A DNA stretch of 63,835 nucleotides, filler included, from Lama guanicoe (GCA_013239625.1; 101 parts of 101 records of this genome joined end to end with filler, not necessarily neighbours in it), one strand, 5' to 3'. Counted from the first letter of the whole stretch, positions 11,916-24,731 are shown. The notes: generated by a model from the sequence alone, not told the origin. Translations and numbers: made by a program.

Positions 11916-12486
11916 TCCCCATCTTAAATCTGAGTTGAGTCTCTAAAAAAATTCTGTAGTCCTCTATCTTTTTGCTTTAATTCTCCATTTTTTTAAAAAA
12001 ATAGTTTTTAAATAGAGTTACCGGGGACTGAACTGAGGGCCTCATGCATGCTGAGCATATACTCTCTCAACTGAGGTATAATCTCCCCCGTAATTTTTTT
12101 AACTTTCCTTTCCTTGTATTCAGAGGTTAGAGGACTCTAATTCTTTTTCTGGAGACTTGTCCATGAACCTGTAAATCTATAATTAATGGACAAAATTTGG
12201 TTTATTAAAAAAATCATTAGAACTTTCTTCAATCCATTCAAAAGGAAATGCTCATTGAGTTTAAATGTTTCTCCTTTATGGTGATTTCTAATTTTTGGTC
12301 TAGCTTAACTTATTAAAAGTAATCCTCATCATCATAATGACCAAGCTTGCTGTGAGTGGACACCTACCAAAGGCTAAAATGCGTTTCTCATATTTTGCTT
12401 CAAAGCAGGTATTTGCGGGTAGGTATCAGTGTCTCCATTTTTGCAGCTGAGGGATTGAGAAGTGGGCAGCTTGTCCCAAATCAAAC
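11916..12486 (+). repeat. Duplicated segment (paralog of 40076-40715, opposite strand) containing a decayed tRNA-derived SINE (~12010-12089, minus) and a MIR piece
   Basis: Colinear reverse-complement match to ~40113-40686 along its whole length. Confidence 0.88.
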
Positions 12487-13401
12487 NNNNNNNNNNNNNN
12501 NNNNNNNNNNNNNNNNNNNNNNNNNNNNNNTTAATTAATTAANNNNNNNNNNNNNNNNNNNNNNNNNNNNNNNNNNNNNNNNNNNNCAACATCTTCCTAA
12601 GACTTAGTCAGTCATGGTTCCATGAGTTCTACTACTCAAGCTGTCCACCCGTTTCCTCTATTCCATTTATGTAATGCCTCTACAGGAAGGGTAGATATTT
12701 CAAAGAACTCTGAAGTCCTATGTAAAAGCCTAGAAGAGAATGGCACAGCTTATGCAGCCCTTTCCTGCTGACTAAGAGGTGTGTGTCCCTAATCCACAAT
12801 CTGAGTGAATGTGGTTCAAAGAGAATAATTTGTGAGACAAGGGATGTCTGGAAGAGAAGAAGATTCTGGGATTTCATTTCCCTTTTGGAAGTGTTCTTAT
12901 GAAATGATTTGCTGATATGATATCGGTGCCTTTTTGAGTAGAGCAGCAAGGCAATTGGAAAAGGAGGACAGTGTAGAGAAAGGGCTGGGGGAGGAAGACA
13001 GCAGCCAGGTCACGGTCAGCCTCCCTCCCCTCATGGTGTAGCAGGGACGTGTGGGGTTTGGTGGGTCTCTCAGGCACTTGGAAGGAGGTGGGCTTGAGCT
13101 GCCCCCTAGGGACCCCACTCAAGAAGGTTGCTTTTTGTGTGAATGGTTCTGCTAACAGGCTCAAGCTGTGCAAAGAGTGGAAAGAAATTAAACTGAAACT
13201 AGATCTCCCTTCCCACCACTGGTAGGAGTGGGGGGTGTCTCTGATGAAGTCTTTCAAGGAGCCCACCCGTACCTAATCCACATTTGTAACACAGAGATCA
13301 TNNNNNNNNNNNNNNNNNNNNNNNNNNNNNNNNNNNNNNNNNNNNTTAATTAATTAANNNNNNNNNNNNNNNNNNNNNNNNNNNNNNNNNNNNNNNNNNN
13401 N

Positions 13402-14210
13402 GAATATAGAACAAAGAATATAGAAAATGGAATGCAGAACACAGAATTTAAATTTTAGGATACAGAATAATGAATATAGAAATTAGAACTTGGAATGCAG
13501 AACACAGAAATTAGAATATAGAATACAGTAAACTGAATATAGAATTTAGAATATAGAATGTACAACACACAATATAGAATATAGAATAGAGAATATAGAA
13601 GACAGAATATAGAACATGTAATTCAGAACACAGAATTTAGAATATAGGATACAGAAAACAAAATAAAATTTTAGAATATAGAGTGTAGAACACAGAATAT
13701 AGAATATAGTATACGGAATGCAGAATATAGAATAAAGAATATAGAATGTAGAATACAGAATATACATTATTGAAAACAGAATACAGAACCCTGAATTTAG
13801 ATAATGGAACTCAGAACACAGAATTTAGAATATAGGATACAGAAAACAAAATAAAATTTTAGAATATAGAGTGTAGAACACAGAATATAGAATATAGAAT
13901 AGAGAATATAGAAGACAGAATATAGAACATGTAATTCAGAACACAGAATTTAGAATATAGGATACAGAAAACAAAATAAAATTTTAGAATATAGAGTGTA
14001 GAACACAGAATATAGAATATAGAATACGGAATGAAGAATATAGAATACAGAATATAGAATTTTGAACACAGAATATAGAAATAAGAAAACAGAATACAGA
14101 ACCCAGAATTTAGAAAATGGAAATCAGAACACAGAATTTAGACTATAGAATACAGAATACGTAATATAAATTTTAGAACATAGAATGTAGAACACAGAAT
14201 ATAGAATATA
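13402..14210 (+). repeat. AGAATAT-heptamer satellite (family C) with 125/188/313-bp higher-order spacing
   Basis: GGATACAGAAAACAAAATAAAATTT at 13647, 13835 and 13960; GACAGAATATAGAACATGTAATT at 13601 and 13914. Confidence 0.95.
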
Positions 14211-15272
14211 NNNNNNNNNNNNNNNNNNNNNNNNNNNNNNNNNNNNNNNNNNNNTTAATTAATTAANNNNNNNNNNNNNNNNNNNNNNNNNNNNNNNNNN
14301 NNNNNNNNNNAGAACGGGCAAATCTGGGAGTGCTCACCACCATTCTGATACATTTTCCCTTGGAGCACACGATGAGCAGGGGCTGATGAGTTATCTAGAA
14401 CAGAGCCCAGCCAAGCTCTGGCACTGCGGTGACAGCTCTCTGCAAGGTTCATGCGCCTATTTAATTGCAGTTACATCCTTCTCCTTTCCCTGGGGACCCA
14501 TCTTTATGGAGAAATAGGCAGTTGGCCGAGGATGTTGGAAGTGAACATTCCTCGCTAATTATTTAATTTTCGTCTGGCACAAACTAGAGCCTCTTAAGTT
14601 TAGTGGGAACTGTAAGTCAATTACCTTCCTTTTGTACCAAAGAGCCTACCACTTAGAACTAAAAACAAACACACAGCTCTATTCTTGCCCTTGTCCTCAA
14701 CCCTGGCCAGTAAGACTGCTTTTGTCTTCCGCCTGCTGTTCATGGAATAATAGCAGCGAACATCTCCTGTTTTCTGTTGTGGCACTGAGGCATTATTGGT
14801 AAAAGTGGAGATTGGACAAAAGCACTGGGGTCTCACACCTTCATTCCTTGTAATTGCTCAAACCTGCCTTTATTTCATCAAAAATTTATTAAGTACCGGC
14901 TCGGAATGGGATACCCATAATAACCTAACGAGGAAGATGTCAGAAGACTAGGGCTTAGAGAGGGGAAGCCACTCACCTCAGGCCACACAGCCAACAAGTA
15001 GCAAAGCAAGGGACCGTGCCCAGCGCTGCCCTGGTTCTGATTTAGGCCCCAGACTACGCATCTGTTACTTTCACTGTTAAGAAGGTCTTTACCTTCCTTT
15101 TCGTAACGAACTCCTATTCACTCTTCAAAACACAGCACACATGCTGCTTTCTCAGTAAGGATCCCTAGATGCNNNNNNNNNNNNNNNNNNNNNNNNNNNN
15201 NNNNNNNNNNNNNNNNTTAATTAATTAANNNNNNNNNNNNNNNNNNNNNNNNNNNNNNNNNNNNNNNNNNNN

Positions 15273-16050
15273 ATTCTGTATTCTATATTCTGCATTCCGT
15301 ATTCTATATTCAATATTCTGTATTCTAAATTTAATATTCTTAATTTTATATTCAGTATTCTGTATTCTATATTCTAAATTCTGTGTTCTGCATTCCTTGA
15401 TGTATATTATGTGTTCTGTATTCTGTTTTCCATATTCTATATTCTGTGTTCTATATTCTATACTCTGTATTCTATATTCTGCATTCCGTATTTTATATTC
15501 TATATTCTGTTTTCTGCATTCGATGTTCTAATTTCTATATTCAGTATACTGTATTCTATATTCTAAATTCTGTGTTCTGAATTCAATGTTCTAAATTCTA
15601 TGTTCTGTATTCTGTTTTCCATTTTCTATATGCTGTGTTCTATATTCTATATTCTGTATTCTATATTCTGCATTCCTTATTCTATATTCTATATTCTGTG
15701 TTCTACATTCTATATTCTAAATTCTATATTCAGTATTCTGTATTCTATATTCTAAATTCTGTGTTCTGCATTCCATTTATTTATTCTAGGTTCTATGTTC
15801 TCTTTTATATATTCTATATTTTGTGTTCTTCATTCTATATTCTACATTCTATATTCTGCATTCCGTATTCTGTATTCTATATTTTGTGTCCTACATTCTA
15901 TATTCTAAATCTTATATCCTGTATTCTGTATTCTATATTCTAAATTCTGTGTTCTGTATTCCATATTCTATATTCTATATTCAGGATACTGTATTCTATA
16001 CTCTAAATTTTGTGTTCTGCATTCTATGTTCTAAACTCTATATTCAGTAT
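15273..16050 (-). repeat. Heptamer satellite (family C)
   Basis: ATTCTAT/TTCTGTG/TTCTAAA 7-mers. Confidence 0.95.
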
Positions 16051-16150
16051 NNNNNNNNNNNNNNNNNNNNNNNNNNNNNNNNNNNNNNNNNNNNTTAATT
16101 AATTAANNNNNNNNNNNNNNNNNNNNNNNNNNNNNNNNNNNNNNNNNNNN

Positions 16151-16922
16151 GGTGTGGGTCTATTTGGATTCTTCCTGTTTGGGACCCTCTGGGCTTCCTA
16201 TACTTGGATATTTGGTTCCTTCTTTAAGTTTGGGAAGTTTTCAGTCATGATTTCTTCAAAAACCTTTTCAATCCCCTTTGGCCCTTCTTCCCCTTCTGGG
16301 ACCCCTATTATGCGAAGATTGGGATGCTTTATATTATCCCATAGGTCCCTTATGCTATTATCATTATTTTTTATTTGCTTATCTTGTAGTTCTTCTGAAT
16401 GGGTGCTTTCTATTGCCCTGTCTTCCAGATCACCAATTCGTTCCTCTGCATTATCTAGTCGGCTTTGCACAGCTATTAGATCATTCCTCATCTCTGTCAA
16501 TGAGTTTAGCCATTCTGCTTGGCTCTTCTTTATAGCTTCAATTTCATTTTTGACATATTTTATATCTCTAAACACTATCTCTTTTAATTCCTTCAGCAAT
16601 TTGATCACTCCTTTTTTGAAATCTTGATCTAGTAGGCTATCGATGTCTATTTCATTGAGCTTTCTTTCAGGGGATTTCTCTTGTTCTTTTAATTGGGAAA
16701 GGTTTCTCTGCTTCTTCGTCTTGCTCATACCTCTCTGGCACTGTGGTTTATGGAGTATCAGTTGTCTATTTTGGATCTTAAGGATTTTATCTATCTAATG
16801 CCTATTTAGGAATAGAACTTAGAAAAAAAAGAAAAAAGAGAGAGAGAAAGAATTTTAAAAGAAGGGAGAAAGCGGGTTTGAAATCAGTGTATAATGAATA
16901 ATAGAAGAGCGAGTTGAAGCAG
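16151..16922 (-). mobile_element. Young LINE-1 5'UTR end and ORF1 N-terminal two-thirds (ATG at 16728; premature TAG at 16198-16200)
   Basis: MSKTKKQRNLSQLKEQEKSP...SRLDNAEERIGDLEDR...LWDNIKHPNLRIIGVPEGEE...ENFPNL, continuing EAQRVPNRKNPNRPT after the stop. Confidence 0.97.
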
Positions 16923-17022
16923 NNNNNNNNNNNNNNNNNNNNNNNNNNNNNNNNNNNNNNNNNNNNTTAATTAATTAANNNNNNNNNNNNNNNNNNNNNN
17001 NNNNNNNNNNNNNNNNNNNNNN

Positions 17023-17442
17023 GACTGAAGAGACCTGCGTGGAGTTGCCTCTCGAACTCCCCTCTCACTGACAATTGTTCCGGAATCCTGAGCGTGGGGA
17101 GGTTCCAAAAAAGGTCGGCATCGCGTGCGTTCTAACGGAAAGCCTAAGCTCGTCTCCCCTGGGTTTTTTCCTAATGTCTCTGTGCCTATGAATGCTAGGG
17201 GGGTTTGCCGGCAATCCCAGGGACAGAGGCTGCCTCCACAAGGTCATTGAAGGTATTTCTCGGGCTTCCCCGGACAGGGAACACCTGTGACTGAAGAGAG
17301 CTGCGTGGAGTTTTCTCTCGAGCTCCCCAGGCACTGACAATGTTTCTGGAATCCTGTAGTGGGGAGGTTCATCCATCCCTCGGCAGCGCGTGTGTTCCAA
17401 CGGAATGCCTTAGCTGGTCTCCCCTGAGACTTTTCCTAATGT
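17023..17442 (-). repeat. 267-bp satellite (family A)
   Basis: Tandem monomers. Confidence 0.95.
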
Positions 17443-18047
17443 NNNNNNNNNNNNNNNNNNNNNNNNNNNNNNNNNNNNNNNNNNNNTTAATTAATTAANN
17501 NNNNNNNNNNNNNNNNNNNNNNNNNNNNNNNNNNNNNNNNNNAGCTCTCTGCCCCGAGCACCCTCTGCTGACTGTTATCCAAGCCCTCGTAGCACGCCTT
17601 CTCAGCCATCATTTCATGATGACTCCTGTGCACCTAGGAGCTCCTGGAAGCAGGGACTGTGCCTTTTTTCCCTTTATTCTGACAGCATGGTAGAGACTCA
17701 GGTATAACGGTGGAGGGAACAGTGGTTATTCTGGAATTTCTCTAGATTTGGGGCCTAGGGGTAACAGTCTGGTTGGAAGAAGGGCTTAGGGGATTTACCC
17801 TGAAGCCACATTTTCAATTAACATGTCATGTTGTTTTTGTCTACTATTTGAAGTTACGAGTCTTAAAACAGAATGACAAATTCTAAAAATTTCTTTACCG
17901 AAGTTTGAGGAAAATGGCAGTTTTCCATATTTAAGAATATTATTTTANNNNNNNNNNNNNNNNNNNNNNNNNNNNNNNNNNNNNNNNNNNNTTAATTAAT
18001 TAANNNNNNNNNNNNNNNNNNNNNNNNNNNNNNNNNNNNNNNNNNNN

Positions 18048-18500
18048 GTCGTCTCCCCTGAGGTTTTTCCTAATTTCTCTGTGCCAGGGAATGCAGCGGG
18101 TTTTCCAGGATATCCCAGTGACAGAGGCTGCCTCCCCAAGGTCAGGGAAATTATTTCTCGGACTCCCCAAACAGGGAACACCTGTGACTGAAGAGAGCTG
18201 CTTGGAGATTTCTCTCGAGCTATAGCACGCACTAACAATGTTTCTGGAATCCTGAGCGTGGGGAGGTTCCACCAACGGTCGTCAGCGCGTGGGTTCTAAC
18301 GGAATGCCTAAGGTCGTCTCCCCTGAGGTTTTTCCTAATTTCTCTGTGCCAGGGAATGCTAGGGGGATTTGCAGGAAATCCCAGTGACAGACGCTGATTC
18401 CCCAAGGTCAGGGAAGTTATTTCTCGGACTGCCCCACACAGGTAACACGTGTGACTGAAGAGAGCTGCTTGGAGATTTCTCTCGAGCTATAGCACGCACT
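18048..18500 (-). repeat. 267-bp satellite (family A)
   Basis: Tandem monomers sharing the local variant GAGCTATAGCACGCACT. Confidence 0.95.
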
Positions 18501-18600
18501 NNNNNNNNNNNNNNNNNNNNNNNNNNNNNNNNNNNNNNNNNNNNTTAATTAATTAANNNNNNNNNNNNNNNNNNNNNNNNNNNNNNNNNNNNNNNNNNNN

Positions 18601-19116
18601 GTAAATCCGATTTGGAGCTTGTACCTCCCCATATATTTGTATGTAGTGGGGTTTGCATCTGAAGAGCAACTTTGTGTTCCCAACAAGCTAGGTGAAGGAC
18701 GGCTTTCATACAGCATATCGCTCAAAACTGAGCATGTGGGGAAACGAGCATTCATCTAGCAAAAAGGGAACACGTTGCACTAGACACACTTACTCAGGTT
18801 TCTCAATCTGTTTCCTTCTGCCGGTTTGAAGTTCCTGCATTGTTCATTGCAAAACCGGGTTGGAGCTTGTACCTCCCCCTATATATGTATGTAGTGAAGT
18901 TTACAACTGAAGAGTAACTTTGTTTTCCGACAAACTATGTGAAGGACGGCTTTCAAACACGCTTAATTCTCTCAACTGAGCATGTGGAGAGACGTTCGTT
19001 CAAGAAGCACAAATGGAACAGGTTGCAGGAGAAACACCTGCTCTGGTTTCTCAGTCTGTTTCGTACAGCCGGTTTGAAGTTACTACTGTTTTCAATATAA
19101 AACCGAGTTGGAGCTT
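18601..19116 (+). repeat. 249-bp satellite (family B)
   Basis: Two tandem monomers. Confidence 0.93.
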
Positions 19117-19216
19117 NNNNNNNNNNNNNNNNNNNNNNNNNNNNNNNNNNNNNNNNNNNNTTAATTAATTAANNNNNNNNNNNNNNNNNNNNNNNNNNNN
19201 NNNNNNNNNNNNNNNN

Positions 19217-19951
19217 CAACATGCTCAGTTCAAAGAGAAAAGTGTATGTGAAAGCCACCTTGAACAACCTTGAATGGTACACATAGTTTCTTTTGAGTTG
19301 CAAAACTCACTACATATATACATATGTGGAGGTACAAGCTCCAACTCGGTTTAACAGTGAAAACTGCAGGAACTTCAAAGGGCACTAGGAAACAGACTGA
19401 ATAACCAGAGTAAGTGTTTCCCCTGCAATCCGTTCCCTTTGTGCTGGATGAATGAACGTCTCTCCACATGATCAGTTCTGAGAGAAAAGTGTGTGTGAAA
19501 GCCCTCCTCCACCTAGCTTGAAGGGAAGACAAAGTTTCTTTTAAGTTGCAAATTCCAATACATTCATATATATGGGGTGTTTCAAGCTCCAACTCGGTTT
19601 TACAGCCAAAACAGCAGGAACTTCAAACCGGCACTAGGAAAGAGTGTTACAAACCAAAGTAAGTGTTTCTCCTGCAACCCGTTCCCTTTGTGCTGGTTGA
19701 ACGAACGTCTCTCCACATCCTCATTTCAAAGAGAAAAGTGTATATGAAAGCCGTCCTTCAACTAGCTTTAATGGAACAAAAAGTTTTTTTGAGTTTCAAA
19801 CTCCACTACTTACATATATATGGGGAGGTTTTTGTTCAAACTCAGATATATAGAGAAAATTGCAGGAACTTCATACTGGCACTAGGAAACAGACTGAGAA
19901 ACAAGAGTAAGTGTTTCTCCTGCTACCCGTTCCCTTGGTGCTGGATGAACG
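19217..19951 (-). repeat. 249-bp satellite (family B)
   Basis: About three tandem monomers. Confidence 0.93.
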
Positions 19952-20051
19952 NNNNNNNNNNNNNNNNNNNNNNNNNNNNNNNNNNNNNNNNNNNNTTAAT
20001 TAATTAANNNNNNNNNNNNNNNNNNNNNNNNNNNNNNNNNNNNNNNNNNNN

Positions 20052-20484
20052 CAGGAGTCAGGAGGTGGTCATTCGGTGTGACGCAGTCACGAGGGACTTC
20101 ATTGCTGATGGAGGGGAGAAGCATGTATGTGCTGAAGTTGAGACAACATAACACAACTCTGTGAGGACCAGGGAACAAAAGGGCATCTTAGGAGGGGAGG
20201 CAGCTGACTGAGACATGTTGACTGTCATGCGTGGACCTGAACAAAGTGTCAGAGGCCGTGCAGACCCCAAGGCAGTGGGAGTCTCCCTGTGCCACAGCAT
20301 CCGGCTCACGGCTATAAAACCCTAGAGGTCTGCGGAGGCCCCTGTGGTTTTGGTCAACACCCCAAGACAGCCCCTTGCTTTTATACACAAAGGAGAAAGG
20401 GGTCTGGTAATCAGGTTGCCCATAGAAGGACAGGATCTTCAAACGCTCCTTTAAGGACTTGAATCTGTGTCTTCTGGTTCCTCC
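20052..20484 (-). mobile_element. Endogenous retrovirus (ERV1-class) pol connection/RNase H-like region, decayed
   Basis: Minus frames give GQPDYQTPF, RRPLGFYSREPDAVAQG and PRDCVTPNDHLLTP, resembling gammaretroviral LGLPDxTKPF / RPVAYxSxxLDxVAxG / PHDC motifs; frameshifted. Confidence 0.8.
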
Positions 20485-21404
20485 NNNNNNNNNNNNNNNN
20501 NNNNNNNNNNNNNNNNNNNNNNNNNNNNTTAATTAATTAANNNNNNNNNNNNNNNNNNNNNNNNNNNNNNNNNNNNNNNNNNNNAATTCCATCATACAGT
20601 AAGCACTCAATATGTGCTTACTTAATAAGAATAGATTCCATTCCAGCGACCTTCAATCAATGTTTAATGACTTTGTCCAACAGACTACTGACAAACTGTT
20701 GGACGAAGCCCTTTGAGCAGATCAGCACAAGCCTACTGGGAGAGGTAAGCGCGGACTCCAGTTGCGGCTGCAGCCACCAGCACTACGGACGGGGGGGCAG
20801 TTTGCTCAAGCTCTTACATGTTGCTTGAGCATTTAGTTGTCGTTATTGAATAAAGACAGGTGTTCTTTAGTCAAAGCTCCTGAAACATAAATCTTCAAAA
20901 ATTGATGCAAATTAGGTTTCAATTGCAACATTCTCACTAGAAATTATTTTAAAACTATAGTCTTAGCTACTCCGCACATCTAAAGGGCGTGTTCTTAATG
21001 TATCTGACTAAATACACCGAAAGGGTTCTTTAAAAGGAATTAAGAAGGAGCCATCCTCAATAAGCTCTCAGTATCATCTGCACAAAGCCGCACCCAACAG
21101 TCTCATTTCTCACTTCTACATAGGTGTTCAGGTAGCTTAACTTGAGTCGTGGTTTCTTATAACACGGGGCGGGGAATAGTTGTGGATAGATTTATGTAGC
21201 AAATATAAACCTAGGGTATTTGCTGTAAAGGAATTCTAGAAATAAGAAGATTGAAAATATAGTCCCACCCATAAGAAACTCAGCCTTCCCATTTATAACA
21301 GCATNNNNNNNNNNNNNNNNNNNNNNNNNNNNNNNNNNNNNNNNNNNNTTAATTAATTAANNNNNNNNNNNNNNNNNNNNNNNNNNNNNNNNNNNNNNNN
21401 NNNN

Positions 21405-21854
21405 GGTTCTAACGGAATGCGTAAGCTCGTCTCCCCTGAGGATTTCCTAATGTGTCCGTGTTAGGGAATGCTTGGGGGGGTTTGCAGGAAATCCCAGGGA
21501 CAGCGGCTGCCTACCCAAGGTCAGGGAATGTATTTCGAGGACTTCCCCGAACAAGGAACACCTGTGACTGAAGAGAGCCGCGTGGAGTTTTCTTTCGAGC
21601 TCCCCCACGCACTGACAATGTTTCCGGAATCCTGAGCGTGGGGAGGTTCCACCAACGGTCGGCAGCGCGTTGGTTCTAACGGAATGCCTAAGCTCGTCTC
21701 CCCTGAGGGTTTTCCTAATGTCTCTGTGCCAGGGAATGCTATGGGGGTTTGCAGGAAATCCCAGGGACAGCGGCTGCCTACCCAAGGTCAGGGAATGTAT
21801 TTCGAGGACTTCCCCGAACAAGGAACACCTGTGACTGAAGAGAGCCGCGTGGAG
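21405..21854 (-). repeat. 267-bp satellite (family A)
   Basis: Two nearly identical partial monomers. Confidence 0.95.
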
Positions 21855-21954
21855 NNNNNNNNNNNNNNNNNNNNNNNNNNNNNNNNNNNNNNNNNNNNTT
21901 AATTAATTAANNNNNNNNNNNNNNNNNNNNNNNNNNNNNNNNNNNNNNNNNNNN

Positions 21955-22432
21955 GCATGTGGAGAGACGTTCGTCCATCCAGCACAAATGGAACGGGTTG
22001 CAGAAGAAACTCTGACTCTGGTTTCACAGTCTGTTTCCTAGTGCCGGTTTGAAGTGCCTGCCGTTTTCACTGTAAAACCGAGTTGGAGCTTGAACCTCCA
22101 CAAATATATGTATGGAGTGGAGTTTGCAACTGACACGAAATTTTGTGTTCCCTTCAAGCTAGGTGAAGGACGGCTTTCACACACACTCATCCCTCAGAAC
22201 TGAGCATGTGGAGAGACGTTCGTTCATCCAGCACAAAGGGAAATGGTTGCAGGAGAAACACTTACTCTGGTTTCTCAGTCTGTTTCCTAGTGCCGGTTTG
22301 AAGTTCCTGTGGTTTGCACTGAAAAATCGAGTTGATGTTTGTTCCTCCCCATATATATGTATGGAGTGGAGTTTGCAACTGACACGAAATTTTGTGTTCC
22401 CTTCAAGCTAGGTGAAGGACGGCTTTCACACA
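21955..22432 (+). repeat. 249-bp satellite (family B)
   Basis: GCATGTGGAGAGACGT at 21955 and 22204 gives period 249. Confidence 0.95.
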
Positions 22433-22532
22433 NNNNNNNNNNNNNNNNNNNNNNNNNNNNNNNNNNNNNNNNNNNNTTAATTAATTAANNNNNNNNNNNN
22501 NNNNNNNNNNNNNNNNNNNNNNNNNNNNNNNN

Positions 22533-23088
22533 TACTCAATGTACTAAATTATGAGTTTTGTATTCTGTTTTCAATATTTTACATTCTGTTTTCTACATTC
22601 TATATACTGTATTCTATATTCTGCATTTCGTATTGTATGTTATTTATTCTGTGTTCTACATAATATATTCGAAATTCTATATTCAGTATCCCGAATTGTA
22701 TATTCTAAATTCTGTGTTCTGCATTCCATGTTCTTAATTCGTGATTCTCTATTCTCTATTCTCTTTTCTATATTCTATATTCTGTGTTCTACATTCTATA
22801 TCTACATAGTATATTCAGTATTCTGTAATCTATATTCTAAATTCTGTGTTCTGCATTCCATGTTCTTAATTCGTGATTCTCTATTCTCTATTCTCTTTTC
22901 TATATTCTATATTCTGTGTTCTACATTCTATATCTACATAGTATATTCAGTATTCTGTAATCTATATTCTAAATTCTGTGTTCTGCACTCTATATTCTAA
23001 AATCTATATTCAGTATTCTGTATTTAATTTTCTAAATTATGTGTTCTGCATTCCATGTTCTATATTCTTTCTTCTATATTCTCTATTC
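22533..23088 (-). repeat. Heptamer satellite (family C) with a 132-bp duplicated unit
   Basis: GTGATTCTCT at 22741 and 22873. Confidence 0.95.
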
Positions 23089-23188
23089 NNNNNNNNNNNN
23101 NNNNNNNNNNNNNNNNNNNNNNNNNNNNNNNNTTAATTAATTAANNNNNNNNNNNNNNNNNNNNNNNNNNNNNNNNNNNNNNNNNNNN

Positions 23189-23592
23189 TTGTACCTCCCC
23201 ATATGTATGTATGGAGTGTTGTATGCAACTGAAAAGAAACATTGTTTTCCCTTCAAGCAAGGTGAAGGACGGATTTCACACACACTTATCTCTCAGAACT
23301 GAGCAATTGGAGAGACGTTAGTTCATCCAGCACAAAGGGAACGGGTTGCAGGAGAAACCCTTACTCTGTTTTCTCAGTCTGTTTCCTAGTGCCGGTTTGA
23401 AGTGCCTGCCGTTTTCACTGTAAAACCGAGTTGGAGCTTGTACTTCCCCATAAATATGAATGGAGTTGAGTTTTCAACTGAAAAGAAACTTTGTGTTCAC
23501 TTCAAGCAAGGTGAAGTTCGGCTTTCAACACAGTTATCTCTCAGAACTTAGCAATTGGAGAGACGTTAGTTCATCCAGCACAAAGGGAACGG
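23189..23592 (+). repeat. 249-bp satellite (family B)
   Basis: Tandem monomers. Confidence 0.94.
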
Positions 23593-24260
23593 NNNNNNNN
23601 NNNNNNNNNNNNNNNNNNNNNNNNNNNNNNNNNNNNTTAATTAATTAANNNNNNNNNNNNNNNNNNNNNNNNNNNNNNNNNNNNNNNNNNNNCCTGCAGA
23701 TGCCCTCAGGCAGGTCAGTCTGGACAAAAAGACACACGTCCCTTTGGGATGTAGAAACTGATTCCCGGAAACCTGTCCATCCCTGGGGACCCTGGAGTAA
23801 CTGATCCCTGATCTGAAGATCCTGGAGCTGGACTAACCCCTCCGTTAGTGGGGAGCGGAGCTGACATGACCTTTCCCAAACTAACACCCCCAGGGACCAA
23901 GCAGCCTGGCAGCAGAAACGGCTCCACCCACCGAGCAGCGAGAGACTCTCTCCACCTTCTCCAACTTTCACTGCGTGTCTGACGGAGACTGGGCATAGCC
24001 AAGGTTTCTCTGCTAAGAATGAGAAGGGGCCAGCACGAAAATGAATGGCCCCTGGCTGGAGTCCCCGTTAGGCACAGCCAGGCGCTGGAGGGATGAGCAA
24101 GCACACGGATAGGAGCAGCCTCTGCCCAGGCCAGCCCCACCAGCTCCCCACCCTCCTGCTNNNNNNNNNNNNNNNNNNNNNNNNNNNNNNNNNNNNNNNN
24201 NNNNTTAATTAATTAANNNNNNNNNNNNNNNNNNNNNNNNNNNNNNNNNNNNNNNNNNNN

Positions 24261-24731
24261 CTCCTGCAACCCGTTCCTTTGTGCTGGATGAACGAACGTC
24301 TCTCCACAAACTAAGTAATGAGAGATTAGTGTGTGTGAAAGCCGTCCTTCACTTAGCTTGAAGGGAACACAAAGGTTTTCTCAGTTGCATACTCCACTAC
24401 ATACATATATATGGGGAGGTACAAGCTCCAACTCGGTTTTACAGGGAAAACTGCAGGTACTTCAAACCGGCACTAGGAAACAGACTGAGAAACCAGAGTA
24501 ATTGTTTCTCCTGCAACCCGTTCCTTTGTGCTGGATGAACGAACGTCTCTCCACAAACTAAGTAATGAGAGATTAGTGTGTGTGAAAGCCGTCCGTCACC
24601 TAGCTTGAAGGGAACACAATGTTTCTTTTCAGTTTCAAACTCCACTACATACATAAATATGGGGATGTACAAGCTCCAAGTAGGTTTTACAGTGAAAACT
24701 TCTTGAACTTCAAATCAGCATTAGGAAACAA
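24261..24731 (-). repeat. 249-bp satellite (family B)
   Basis: Tandem monomers. Confidence 0.94.

Noticed and set aside
12981..13170. Ig/TCR J-segment-like CAGGTCACGGTCAGC (QVTVS) and RSS-nonamer-like GCTTTTTGT
   Set aside because: No in-frame W/F-G-X-G, no splice donor after the motif, the nonamer lies on the wrong side, and there is no heptamer at 12 or 23 spacing.
16154..16627. 157-aa plus-strand ORF
   Set aside because: Antisense shadow of L1 ORF1.
23693..24160. ORFs 23645-23971 and 23715-24140 as retroviral gag or a host exon
   Set aside because: No diagnostic motif recognised in any frame.
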